Origin: Clostridia bacterium
GTDB lineage: Bacteria > Bacillota > Clostridia > Christensenellales > Borkfalkiaceae
Reading direction: 5' to 3'
NCBI GenBank assembly: GCA_017504165.1
Contig: JAFVRR010000002.1
Coordinates: 13,374-77,373, forward strand
DNA: 64,000 nucleotides
In this document: positions 26,474 to 35,895 of the stretch, in pieces
Position numbering within the stretch: position 1 is the stretch's first letter
How the letters are laid out: the number at the start of each line of letters is the position of its first letter
Position numbers and translations under genes: made by a program
The notes under the pieces: model-generated
The model's input: the letters and a program-made list of their open reading frames with translations, nothing else
Told to the model about the DNA's origin: nothing
Database searches by the model: none

Positions 26474-28825
26474 ATGGATAATCTTGAAATAAAAAATGAA
26501 AACGCCGTAGTTTCTACTAGCGATAACACCGTTTACGGAATACCCGCAATCGCCCTTCGCGGAAAAGTGATATTTCCAAACGTTATAACTGCTGTAGACG
26601 TTGGCAGAATTAAATCTTTAAACGCGGTACACGCCGCGCTTAACTCTAACAAACTTATATTTGCCGTTTCACAAAAAGTTGTTGAAGTAGACGAGCCTAC
26701 GGTTAACGACTTATTTGAAGTGGGCACGGTATGTAAAGTTGGCAACTTAACTAAAATAGGTAACGATACCTTCAAACTTACCCTTGAAGGTCTTTACCGT
26801 GCGAAAATTTCTAAAAGCCAAGAGGGTGGCGAGTTTTTCGTGTTCAACGTAGATAAACTTGAAACTGTTATAGGCGATGCCGTTAAAGAAGAGGCGTATT
26901 TTAGGGCGGTTAAAGAAAGTTATAAAGAGGCGATTGAACTTTTACCAAGGGTTAGCCGTGAAGGTTTAAACTCGGTATTTAAACATCAAGACCCTGAAAG
27001 ATTTGTAAACGGCGCTTGTTTCGTACTTCCTTTTAAGGAAGTAAAAAAGCAAAAAATCTTAGAAATAGACCCGCTTTTAGATAGACTTTACGCCTTTTCT
27101 GAACTTCTTGCCGAAGAGATTGAAATTATCAAAATTGAAAGAACTATTGCCGAAAAGGTAAAGGCAAATATTGACAAAAATCAAAAGGAATTTTATCTTC
27201 GTGAGCAACTTAAAGCAATACACGAAGAACTTGGTGATGACGTTAACGAAATAGACAACTTGCGTGAAAAAATCATTAATAAAAAAATGAGTAAAGAGCA
27301 AGAAGAAAAGGTTTTATCCGAACTTAAAAGAATGTCTAAAATGGTACCGTCTTCTCCAGACTACACCGTACTTCGCTCGTATATCGATTGGGTTTTAGAT
27401 CTTCCGTTTAACGAAGAGAGCGAAGATACCGACAAGATTAAAGACGTTAGAAAGATTTTAGAAAGCGACCATTTCGGTTTAGAAAAGGTAAAAGAAAGAA
27501 TTATTGAATACCTTTCCGTTTTAAAACTTACAAAATCGTTAAAAGGCCCTATTTTATGTTTAGTAGGCCCACCGGGTGTTGGTAAAACTTCCGTTGCAAA
27601 ATCGGTTGCTAGGGCGCTTAATAGAAAACTTGTTAGAATGAGCCTTGGCGGTGTTAAAGACGAGGCGGAAATTAGAGGTCACCGTAAAACTTATATCGGC
27701 GCAATGCCGGGTAGAATTATTTTCGGTATGAAAGAGGCGGGCGTTATTAACCCTGTGTTCTTACTTGACGAAATTGATAAACTCTCTTGCGATTTAAGGG
27801 GCGACCCTGCAAGCGCGCTCCTTGAAGTTTTAGACCCAGAGCAAAACCCAACCTTTAGGGATAGATATCTTGAAATTCCTTACGATTTATCTAAGGTTAT
27901 GTTTATAACTACCGCAAATAGCGTTGATACTATTCCAGCCCCACTTCTTGATAGAATGGAAGTTATAGACATTGCGGGATATACTGAAGAAGAAAAAATT
28001 CAAATTGCAAAAAGGTATTTAGTGCCAAAGGCAATCGAGGCAAACGGCTTAACGGCAAATAGCGTTAAATTTTTAGATACGGGTATTCGTGAAATTATCA
28101 ACGGATACACGGGCGAAGCGGGCGTTAGAAAGTTAGAGCAACAAGTCAACGCGGTAGTTAGAAAAATTGCCACAAAAGTTGCCGAAGAGGGCGATAACGG
28201 TAAAAAGACTATTGATAAAAAGGCGGTTGCAACGTATCTTGGCGCAAGTAGATACTCTAAAGACGAAACTTTGGAAAGCAATCAAGTGGGTTCTGCAACA
28301 GGTCTTGCTTGGACGAGCATTGGTGGCGTTGCGTTAACTATTGAAGTTGCAATTATGAAGGGAAAGGGCAATTTAGTTTTAACGGGTAAACTTGGCGACG
28401 TTATGCAAGAAAGCGCTAAAACTGCAATAAGTTATATACGCGCAAACGCCGAATCTTACGGCATTGACAGTACCGTGTTTGAAAGTAACGACGTGCATAT
28501 TCACGTTCCCGAAGGCGCAACCCCTAAAGACGGACCTAGCGCGGGCATTACTATTGCAACTGCGTTGCTTTCAGCATTTACGGGGAAAAAGGTTAGAAGA
28601 AATATCGCTATGACGGGCGAAATTACCCTTCGCGGTAACGTTCTTCCTATAGGTGGACTTAAAGAAAAATCACTTGCGGGCTTTAGGCTTGGGGTTAGAA
28701 AAATTATTATTCCAAAGAGAAATTTAAAAGATTTAGAAGAAATTCCTACGGAAATCTCTTCAAAATTAGAATTCATTGCCGTTGAAAACGTAAAAGAAGT
28801 ATTCGACGTTGCAATTGAAAAATAA
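26474..28825 (+). CDS. lon: Lon protease (LonA)
   Basis: The LON N-domain is followed by Walker A GPPGVGKTS. The protease motif PKDGPSAGIT carries the catalytic Ser. Confidence 0.96.
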   Translation: MDNLEIKNENAVVSTSDNTVYGIPAIALRGKVIFPNVITAVDVGRIKSLNAVHAALNSNKLIFAVSQKVVEVDEPTVNDLFEVGTVCKVGNLTKIGNDTFKLTLEGLYRAKISKSQEGGEFFVFNVDKLETVIGDAVKEEAYFRAVKESYKEAIELLPRVSREGLNSVFKHQDPERFVNGACFVLPFKEVKKQKILEIDPLLDRLYAFSELLAEEIEIIKIERTIAEKVKANIDKNQKEFYLREQLKAIHEELGDDVNEIDNLREKIINKKMSKEQEEKVLSELKRMSKMVPSSPDYTVLRSYIDWVLDLPFNEESEDTDKIKDVRKILESDHFGLEKVKERIIEYLSVLKLTKSLKGPILCLVGPPGVGKTSVAKSVARALNRKLVRMSLGGVKDEAEIRGHRKTYIGAMPGRIIFGMKEAGVINPVFLLDEIDKLSCDLRGDPASALLEVLDPEQNPTFRDRYLEIPYDLSKVMFITTANSVDTIPAPLLDRMEVIDIAGYTEEEKIQIAKRYLVPKAIEANGLTANSVKFLDTGIREIINGYTGEAGVRKLEQQVNAVVRKIATKVAEEGDNGKKTIDKKAVATYLGASRYSKDETLESNQVGSATGLAWTSIGGVALTIEVAIMKGKGNLVLTGKLGDVMQESAKTAISYIRANAESYGIDSTVFESNDVHIHVPEGATPKDGPSAGITIATALLSAFTGKKVRRNIAMTGEITLRGNVLPIGGLKEKSLAGFRLGVRKIIIPKRNLKDLEEIPTEISSKLEFIAVENVKEVFDVAIEK

Positions 28826-28833
28826 AGGTTAGT

Positions 28834-29472
28834 ATGATTATTAAAAATGCAAAATTTATAACTTCGGCAGTAGACAAAAAGGGCTTTATCGTTCCCGAAA
28901 AGCCCCTAATTGCCATTTGCGGAAAATCAAACGTAGGTAAAAGTTCGCTAATTAACGCCCTTGCAAATAGAAAGGGTTTAGCAAGAACTTCGGTTACGCC
29001 GGGTAGAACTAGGCTTGTAAACTACTTTGATTTCGGCGAATTTGTGCTTGCCGATTTACCGGGCTACGGCTTTGCTAAAGTATCGCAAAGTGAAAAGGCT
29101 AAATGGGGTAAAATGCTTGAAGATTTTTTCTCTTCTAAAGCAATAATAACCCACGTGTTTTCGCTTGTTGATATCCGCCACGACCCGACTAGCGACGATG
29201 AAAATATGATAAACTATCTTCACCACTACGCAATTCCTTTTACCGTTATTGCCACAAAGGCGGACAAAATTGGCAAAACTAGAATTTACGATAGGGTAAA
29301 GTCCATTGGTAATTATTTGGCTATTGGTGAAAAAAGCGTTATGGCGGTTTCTTCCGAAAGCGGTTACGGCAAAGATAAAATACTACAAAAACTTGACGAT
29401 ATTTTATCGATTTACAACGATAGTTTTTATAACGAGCCAGAAGTTGAAAAAGATGAAGAAACAGAAAACTAA
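28834..29472 (+). CDS. engB: Ribosome-biogenesis GTPase EngB/YsxC
   Basis: G1 is GKSNVGKSSLIN, and DLPGYG and TKADK motifs follow. Its position after lon is conserved. Confidence 0.9.
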   Translation: MIIKNAKFITSAVDKKGFIVPEKPLIAICGKSNVGKSSLINALANRKGLARTSVTPGRTRLVNYFDFGEFVLADLPGYGFAKVSQSEKAKWGKMLEDFFSSKAIITHVFSLVDIRHDPTSDDENMINYLHHYAIPFTVIATKADKIGKTRIYDRVKSIGNYLAIGEKSVMAVSSESGYGKDKILQKLDDILSIYNDSFYNEPEVEKDEETEN

Positions 29473-29475
29473 AAT

Positions 29476-29505
29476 AAAAAAGTTCCGAAAATTCGGAACT
29501 TTTTT
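29476..29505. terminator. Bidirectional intrinsic terminator
   Basis: AAAAAAGTTCCGAA pairs with TTCGGAACTTTTTT. Confidence 0.75.
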
Positions 29506-29517
29506 ATTTTGTAAAAA

Positions 29518-30891
29518 TTATTGTATCATGTGTTTTGGATTGAGAATTTCATCAATTTGTTCTTCCGTTAAAATATTGTGTTTTAATACTACTTCTTTTA
29601 CGGAAAGGTTGGTTTTTAACGCCTCTTTTGCTATTTCCGCCGATTTTTTGTAACCGATATAAGGGCAAAGCGCAGTAACTATTCCTATACTGCTATTAAG
29701 TAGTTCTTTGCATCTAGTTTTGTTGGCTTGAATACCTGAAATACAGTTATCTATTAAGGTTTTTACGGCATTAGTTAAACAAGTTAAAGATTCAAATATT
29801 TTATAAAAAATTATAGGCTCGAAAGCGTTTAATTCAAGTTGACCAGCCTCGGCAGCCATACTTATAGTCACGTCGTTGCCGATAACGGCAAACGCTACTT
29901 GAGAAACTACTTCAGGTATAACGGGGTTTACCTTTCCCGGCATTATAGACGAGCCGTTTTGCATTGCCGGAAGAATAATCTCGGAAATACCCGTTTTAGG
30001 ACCGCTTGCCATAAGCCTTAAGTCGTTGCACATTTTAGAAAGTGTAACCGCGCAAGTTTTAAGCGCGCCCGATACGAATACGAAAGAGTCTAAATTTTGA
30101 GTACTGTCAATTAAGTCGTCGGCTTTTTTAAGTTCGTAATTAGTTATCGTCGCCAATTCTTTTACTATGTTAATTAAATAGTCTTTATTAGTATTTATAG
30201 ACGTGCCGATTGCCGTTCCGCCTATATTTACCGTGTGCATTTCATTTAATGCTTGAGTTATTAACCTAGAGCATCTTTTTATAGCGGAAGAGTATGCGGA
30301 AAACTCTTGGCCTAATTTGATAGGCACGGCGTCTTCTAATTGAGTTCTGCCCATTTTAATAATATCGTCAAACTCAACGGCTTTTGCATCGAGATTTTCT
30401 ATAAGTCTATCAAGTTCTTTAAGTAGTGCAAAGGATAGGTCTAAAATAGTTAATTTGCCTGCAGTTGGAACGACGTCGTTAGTTGATTGGGATTTATTAA
30501 CGTGGTCGTTAGGGTGGCAAATATATTCGCCTAATTTTCCGCCTAAAATTTCGGTTGCGCGGTTTGCAATAACTTCGTTAACGTTCATATTAACGGTTGT
30601 GCCTGCGCCCCCTTGAATAGCGTCTGAAATAAATTCGCTATCAAATTTGCCGTTTAAAATTTCATCGCAAGCGTTTATAATTGCATCTTTAATATCGCTA
30701 TCTAAATTATTTGCCATATTATTTGATATAGCGGCGGCTTTTTTTATTTTTACGATATTATATATAAAATTTTTATTCATAAGATTACCGCTAATATTAA
30801 AATTATTAGCGCCTCTTAAACTTTGAACGCCGTAATACGCGTTACTAGGAATTTCTAAAGTTCCGATTGAATCACTTTCAAGTCTAAACAA
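29518..30891 (-). CDS. aspA: Aspartate ammonia-lyase (fumarase/aspartase superfamily)
   Basis: The GSSIMPGKVNPV signature ends in PV, which favours aspartase over fumarase. The TTG start lies 9 nt after AAGGAG. Confidence 0.8.
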   Translation of the reverse strand: MFRLESDSIGTLEIPSNAYYGVQSLRGANNFNISGNLMNKNFIYNIVKIKKAAAISNNMANNLDSDIKDAIINACDEILNGKFDSEFISDAIQGGAGTTVNMNVNEVIANRATEILGGKLGEYICHPNDHVNKSQSTNDVVPTAGKLTILDLSFALLKELDRLIENLDAKAVEFDDIIKMGRTQLEDAVPIKLGQEFSAYSSAIKRCSRLITQALNEMHTVNIGGTAIGTSINTNKDYLINIVKELATITNYELKKADDLIDSTQNLDSFVFVSGALKTCAVTLSKMCNDLRLMASGPKTGISEIILPAMQNGSSIMPGKVNPVIPEVVSQVAFAVIGNDVTISMAAEAGQLELNAFEPIIFYKIFESLTCLTNAVKTLIDNCISGIQANKTRCKELLNSSIGIVTALCPYIGYKKSAEIAKEALKTNLSVKEVVLKHNILTEEQIDEILNPKHMIQ

Positions 30892-31063
30892 AATATTTAT
30901 CTCCTTACCTTTGATGGCTAAATTATATCACAGTATTTTAAAAAAGCACGAAAATAAATAATAAATCAAAATTTATAATTAAAATGAAAAATAATTTGAA
31001 AATATTTTAATATTTGTTAAATTTATTATGATTTTATTTTATAAAAATTAAATTTAAAGAAAT

Positions 31064-31092
31064 AAAAAAGTTCCAAAATTTTGGAACTTTTT
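31064..31092. terminator. Intrinsic terminator (perfect palindrome)
   Basis: AAAAAAGTTCCAAAA pairs with TTTTGGAACTTTTT, directly after the stop of the small minus-strand ORF. Confidence 0.75.
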
Positions 31093-31095
31093 CGT

Positions 31096-31269
31096 TTATT
31101 CAATAATAGTATATTCAAAGTTTTCAAAGTGAAGTTTAGTGTTTACGTCAACGCCAAGAGGAAGTAGATATAGGGCGATAAAAATATCACTTTCTTCGCC
31201 TTTATCAATTTCGCGCAAGGTTGCGTATTCTCCGTCAATTTTAAGTACGTAATAATCTTTTTCAAACAT
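31096..31269 (-). CDS. 57-aa small protein, DUF3006-like (absent from the supplied ORF track)
   Basis: The product reads MFEKDYYVLKIDGEYATLREIDKGEESDIFIALYLLPLGVDVNTKLHFENFEYTIIE. An AAAGGA RBS precedes it. It starts 2 nt after the upstream stop and is followed by a terminator. Confidence 0.5.
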   Translation of the reverse strand: MFEKDYYVLKIDGEYATLREIDKGEESDIFIALYLLPLGVDVNTKLHFENFEYTIIE

Positions 31270-31271
31270 AG

Positions 31272-31988
31272 TTATTTCCTTTCTGGCGGGAGAGGAAAAT
31301 CGCCGTATACTTTAAGCCTACAAGTTTTAAGTGATGCGGAACTTTCCTTTGACGGCAAGGTTTTGTTTCTATAGTCGAAAGCCAAAGTAAACTCGTCAAT
31401 TTCTTCCTTTAATTTAGTTAAACTATCCCTTTCTTTTTGGGTAATAGTTTCTAAAAACTGCTTAGAGTATTTGCCCGCTTTACTGCTGTTTTCAACAAGT
31501 CTTATAAAGTGTGGGTAGCAAAAGCCTTTAACTGCGTTAAAATTTTGTTCCCTAAACTTAGTATCATCGTGATAAAGGGCGGGTACGGTTTTAAAATACC
31601 TTTCCATATGGAACTCTATTTTATCGCAAATAATGCAAGTTTCGGTATTATCTTTTAACTTTTGCGTTAATTTTTTGGCTTTTTTATCATCGTCGATAAT
31701 TTTAGTTAAATCGATAATTCTATTTAGCCTAGTACTCATTTGAAGGGCGAGCCCAAGTTTGTTTCTACCTGCGTAAAGTAGGTCGTAATGGCTAGCGCAA
31801 AAACCTAGTTTGTTAACTTTTGCGCGCTCAGCGTCTTCCATAACCGCCTCTGATAAATATTGGTCGGCAAGGTCTCTTTCTACGATTTGTTTAATTTTAC
31901 ACATAGGGCACTCGCACTCGCTATTAAAGTAGCGCCATATGTACATTGTTGAAATATTGTATCCCATAGTATAACTAGTATAGCACAA
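31272..31988 (-). CDS. Cys-rich protein with two CxxC...GFCxxH modules (putative zinc-binding, function unknown)
   Basis: Module 1 is CPMC..GFCASH and module 2 is CIIC..GFCYPH. The start is uncertain: TTG at 31988 or ATG at 31967 or 31946. Confidence 0.6.
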   Translation of the reverse strand: MCYTSYTMGYNISTMYIWRYFNSECECPMCKIKQIVERDLADQYLSEAVMEDAERAKVNKLGFCASHYDLLYAGRNKLGLALQMSTRLNRIIDLTKIIDDDKKAKKLTQKLKDNTETCIICDKIEFHMERYFKTVPALYHDDTKFREQNFNAVKGFCYPHFIRLVENSSKAGKYSKQFLETITQKERDSLTKLKEEIDEFTLAFDYRNKTLPSKESSASLKTCRLKVYGDFPLPPERK

Positions 31989-32019
31989 TCTTTAACTTTT
32001 GTATAGTAAAAAATATAAA

Positions 32020-32048
32020 TTGACTTTTATACTATAAAATAGTATACT
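32020..32048 (+). promoter_or_regulatory. Putative promoter of the ABC exporter gene
   Basis: -35 TTGACT, a 17-nt spacer and -10 TATACT. Confidence 0.4.
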
Positions 32049-32066
32049 ATTATGTAAAGGTGTTTT

Positions 32067-33728
32067 ATGAAAGGTGATACTTCTTTAAAATTAAATAGAA
32101 TTTTAGGTAAAAGAACTTTTTCTTATTATTTACTAATAGTTTTAGGCGTTTTGCAGTCGGTTTTATCGGTGGGGCTTGCCCTTGCTATTAAAACGCTTGT
32201 CAACGCGTACGAAGTAGGCGGAGACGTGGACAAAGTTATAAATTCTTCTATTTTGCTTTTTGCTATCGTTTTAACTTCCTTTTTAGTTGGCGTGTTAAGT
32301 AAAATTATATCGGCAAAATACACCGCTAAAATAGAATGCAAGTTGAAAAGTAAAGTCTTTGAAAGTTTTGTCGGCGGAAGTTATAGTGATATTTCTTCAA
32401 ATAGCGCGGGCGAAGTTATTTCTAAGTTTTCAGTAGACGCGTCAAGGGTTAGTAACGTTTACGCTAATTTGCCGTATAGCGTGATTGCAACCGCGTCGCA
32501 TATCGTTGCAATTTTAATTACGTTGTTCATTTTACAGCCTACTTTTACCTTAATAGTGGTAGTTTTAGGAATAATCGCCTTACTTATTACCTTTTTAGTT
32601 AGAAAGGTTTTAGTTAAATTCTATAAAAGGGTAAGAAGTAAAGATAGTGAAATTTCTTCGTTTATCGGCGAAACTACTAAAAACGCGTTAGTCGTTAAAG
32701 CGTTCGGGGCAGAAGATCATATATCTTTAGCCTTTAACGCTAAAACTTTGTCGTATAAAACGGCAAGGCTTAAACACGCTTACTTGGGCGCGTTATTAAC
32801 TTCTATTACTGCGCTTGCTTTTACCTTGTTTTACGCGTTTAGCGTGCTTTACGGCGTAAACGGAATGCTTAGCGGTGTGGAAAATATTAACTTTGGCGTA
32901 ATAATTGCCGTTTTACAGTTAATTACTCAAATAAAAACGCCAATAAATAATATTTCGGCGTATATTACCGTGTATACGGAAATGAAAGTTTCGGCAAATA
33001 GATTATTTACTTTAATTTACAGTAAAGATGAGAAAACGGTAGTTGACGGAGAATTTGAAGGCGTTGAAGTTAATAGCGCTTGCTATTCTTACGGCGAAAA
33101 GGAAATATTATCTAACTGCAATTTAACGATAAATAAAGGGGATAAAATTTTAATTAAAGGACAATCGGGCGAGGGCAAAAGTACCCTTTTAAAACTTTTA
33201 ATGGGTATTTATACTCCGTCTAGCGGTGAAGTTAAAGTTAAAATAAACGGAAAGGGTTATTTGCCTACAAACTTAAAAGATATTTTCTCATTCGTACCGC
33301 AAGACAATATGCTATTTTTAGGTAGCGTAAAAGAAAATATCACTTTTAATAAAAATTATTTAGATGAAAAGATTTTAAAGGTTTTAGACCTTGCGTCAAT
33401 TGATTTTATTGACAAAACTAGCGATGGCCTTAATAAAAACATAGGCGAAAACGGGCTTAATTTATCCGTTGGTCAAGGTCAAAGAATTGCGCTTGCTAGG
33501 GGGCTTATTTCTAATAATCCCGTACTTATTTTAGACGAGGCGACTTCTTCGCTTGACGAAAACACGGAAGAGAAAGTTTTAGAAAATATCGCGTCGCTAA
33601 AAGATTTAACGGTAGTTTTCGTTTCGCATAAATTAGCGTTTGAAAAGTACGCTAATAAAGTTTACAATCTTAGCGGTGGTTGTTTATCGCTTGTTACTGC
33701 TGATAATAGCAAAGACGATAACGCCTAA
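32067..33728 (+). CDS. ABC exporter, fused transmembrane and ATP-binding domains
   Basis: A six-helix TM region is followed by Walker A GQSGEGKST, the signature LSVGQGQR and Walker B LILDEATS. Confidence 0.85.
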   Translation: MKGDTSLKLNRILGKRTFSYYLLIVLGVLQSVLSVGLALAIKTLVNAYEVGGDVDKVINSSILLFAIVLTSFLVGVLSKIISAKYTAKIECKLKSKVFESFVGGSYSDISSNSAGEVISKFSVDASRVSNVYANLPYSVIATASHIVAILITLFILQPTFTLIVVVLGIIALLITFLVRKVLVKFYKRVRSKDSEISSFIGETTKNALVVKAFGAEDHISLAFNAKTLSYKTARLKHAYLGALLTSITALAFTLFYAFSVLYGVNGMLSGVENINFGVIIAVLQLITQIKTPINNISAYITVYTEMKVSANRLFTLIYSKDEKTVVDGEFEGVEVNSACYSYGEKEILSNCNLTINKGDKILIKGQSGEGKSTLLKLLMGIYTPSSGEVKVKINGKGYLPTNLKDIFSFVPQDNMLFLGSVKENITFNKNYLDEKILKVLDLASIDFIDKTSDGLNKNIGENGLNLSVGQGQRIALARGLISNNPVLILDEATSSLDENTEEKVLENIASLKDLTVVFVSHKLAFEKYANKVYNLSGGCLSLVTADNSKDDNA

Positions 33729-33852
33729 ATTTGTGCCTAATATAAGGCCTATAATAATTCCTAAAAACATATTCATAACCTAATTATTAACAAAAAGCGG
33801 GTTTTGTATACAATATTTTGCCCTTCTTCGTATACTGAAAAGAGGCTAAATT

Positions 33853-34875
33853 ATGTCTGAACCGTTAATTTGTAAAGTCAATTTATCTAAACTATTATCC
33901 AACGCGACTAGCGTTAAAAAACTATTAAATAAAAAGGTAAAATTTTGCGCGGTGGTAAAGTCCGACGCGTACGGCCACGGTATTGTAGAAGTGTCTTCCG
34001 CTTTGTATAGTATATGCGATTACTTTGCAGTTTCGTTAGCGAGCGAGTGTCTTACGTTAAGAAGGGCGGGGATTGATAAACCCGTGTTGCTACTTTCGCC
34101 CGTTACCGATAATACGGTAGAAAAACTAATTTTAAACGATATTACGCTATCCGTTAGTACGATAAGGGAAATAATTTTAATAGCAAAAACTTCAAAACGG
34201 CTAAACAGAAGGGTAAAAATTCATCTTGCTATAAATACGGGAATGAATAGGCTGGGGTTTAGTTGCGAAAAAGAAGTTGAAAAAGCGGTTAACTTTATTA
34301 AAAAGTTTTCTCTACTTAGTCTTGACGGCGCGTATTCGCATTTTAACTGTGTAGAAGATAGGGTTTTAACTAATAACGCGTATAATAAGTTTTTAAAATT
34401 AACTAAAATAGTTAAACGACTAAATAATAGGGCAATACTACATATATCGGCAAGCGGTGGATTGCTTTTAGATAAAAAATATCAATTATCTATGGTTAGA
34501 GTAGGCTTGCTTTTATACGGATACTTGCCTATAAAAAGCCAAAAAATTAGCGTAGAGCCTATAATGAAAGTTTACGCTAAAAATCTATTAAACCGAAGTG
34601 GAGTTAAAGGAAAGAATATTGCCTATGGCAATAGTTTATCTAGTATCGACGATATTTCAGTTGTTCGTTTAGGCTATGCGGACGGATTTTTTAGGAGCAA
34701 TAAAGAGCCTTTTTTAGCAAATTTATGTATGGAATTATCGGCGGTTAAACTAACTAAAAATAATTACGTTTTAGTTATGGATAACGCCGAAGAGTATAGC
34801 AAAAAATTAAAGACAATCCCTTACGAAATTTTAGTTTCGGTTTCAAAAAGGGCAAATAAAGAATATTTTTATTAG
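33853..34875 (+). CDS. alr: Alanine racemase
   Basis: The PLP-lysine motif AVVKSDAYGHG and the LGYADGF motif are present. Confidence 0.85.
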   Translation: MSEPLICKVNLSKLLSNATSVKKLLNKKVKFCAVVKSDAYGHGIVEVSSALYSICDYFAVSLASECLTLRRAGIDKPVLLLSPVTDNTVEKLILNDITLSVSTIREIILIAKTSKRLNRRVKIHLAINTGMNRLGFSCEKEVEKAVNFIKKFSLLSLDGAYSHFNCVEDRVLTNNAYNKFLKLTKIVKRLNNRAILHISASGGLLLDKKYQLSMVRVGLLLYGYLPIKSQKISVEPIMKVYAKNLLNRSGVKGKNIAYGNSLSSIDDISVVRLGYADGFFRSNKEPFLANLCMELSAVKLTKNNYVLVMDNAEEYSKKLKTIPYEILVSVSKRANKEYFY

Positions 34876-34876
34876 T

Positions 34877-35419
34877 ATGAGAATAATTAGCGGAAAGCAC
34901 AAGGGTAAAAAATTAAAGAGTTTTGACGGTTTTGACGTAAGGCCTACTTCCGATCGGGCGAGAGAGGCGCTTTTTAGTATGCTCTCATTCGATATTATCG
35001 GTTGTGACTTTTTAGACCTATGTTCAGGTACAGGCGCAATGGGACTTGAGGCGGTATCTCGCGGGGCGAACTCGGTAACGTTTGTAGACAACTCGCAAGA
35101 GAGTATTAAAATATGCGATTTTAACCTAAAGTCTATAAAAGAAAAGGGAGAAATAGTTAAAAGCGACGCGCTTAATTTTTTAAAAACTACTACTAAAAAA
35201 TTTGATGTTATATTTTTCGATCCACCTTATGCGTTTAGCGATATTGAAAATATTTTAAAGGCGGTAAAGGATAGAAACTTATTAAAAGAAAACGGCAAGT
35301 TTATTTACGAGCATAAGAGCGATAGCCCGTCTAAAGAAATAGACGGCTTTAGTTTATACAATACTAAAAAGTACGGAATAGCGATATTTGATTTTTATAA
35401 ATTTAGGAGTGAATTATGA
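34877..35419 (+). CDS. rsmD: 16S rRNA (guanine966-N2)-methyltransferase
   Basis: It begins MRIISGKHKG, has RPTSDRAREALF and the DPPY motif, and lies upstream of coaD. Confidence 0.88.
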   Translation: MRIISGKHKGKKLKSFDGFDVRPTSDRAREALFSMLSFDIIGCDFLDLCSGTGAMGLEAVSRGANSVTFVDNSQESIKICDFNLKSIKEKGEIVKSDALNFLKTTTKKFDVIFFDPPYAFSDIENILKAVKDRNLLKENGKFIYEHKSDSPSKEIDGFSLYNTKKYGIAIFDFYKFRSEL

Positions 35420-35895
35420 ATAAAGCGGTGTTTGCGGGCACGTTTGACCCGATAACTATAGGACACGAAAAAGTTATAGAAACGGCAAGTAAAATGTTTG
35501 ATGTTTTATACGTTTCGCTTGGCGTTAACCCTGAAAAACATCCTATATTTTCTACGGAAATTCGCCTTGAAATGATGAAAAAGGTCTGCGAAAAATATAA
35601 AAACGTAGAAGTTGTATATCACGAAGGTATGCTAGTTGATTTAATGAAAGAAAAGGGTATAATCTACACTGTTAGGGGTGTTAGAAACGATAGCGATTAC
35701 GCTTACGAAAACAAAATGCATTTCGTGAATAAAAGTTTATATCCAAATATCGTTACGCTATTTATTCCCTGCGATAAAGATCTTGCTTTAGTTAGTTCAA
35801 CCGCAGTTAGAAACGCCGTTAAAAACGGCGAAGACTTATCTAAATATTTATCTAAAGAAGTTATTGAAATTATAAGAAAAAACGGCATAAAATAG
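35416..35895 (+). CDS. coaD: Phosphopantetheine adenylyltransferase
   Basis: The GTFDPITIGH motif and the ISSTAVR-type motif (VSSTAVR) are present. Confidence 0.95.
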   Translation: MNKAVFAGTFDPITIGHEKVIETASKMFDVLYVSLGVNPEKHPIFSTEIRLEMMKKVCEKYKNVEVVYHEGMLVDLMKEKGIIYTVRGVRNDSDYAYENKMHFVNKSLYPNIVTLFIPCDKDLALVSSTAVRNAVKNGEDLSKYLSKEVIEIIRKNGIK

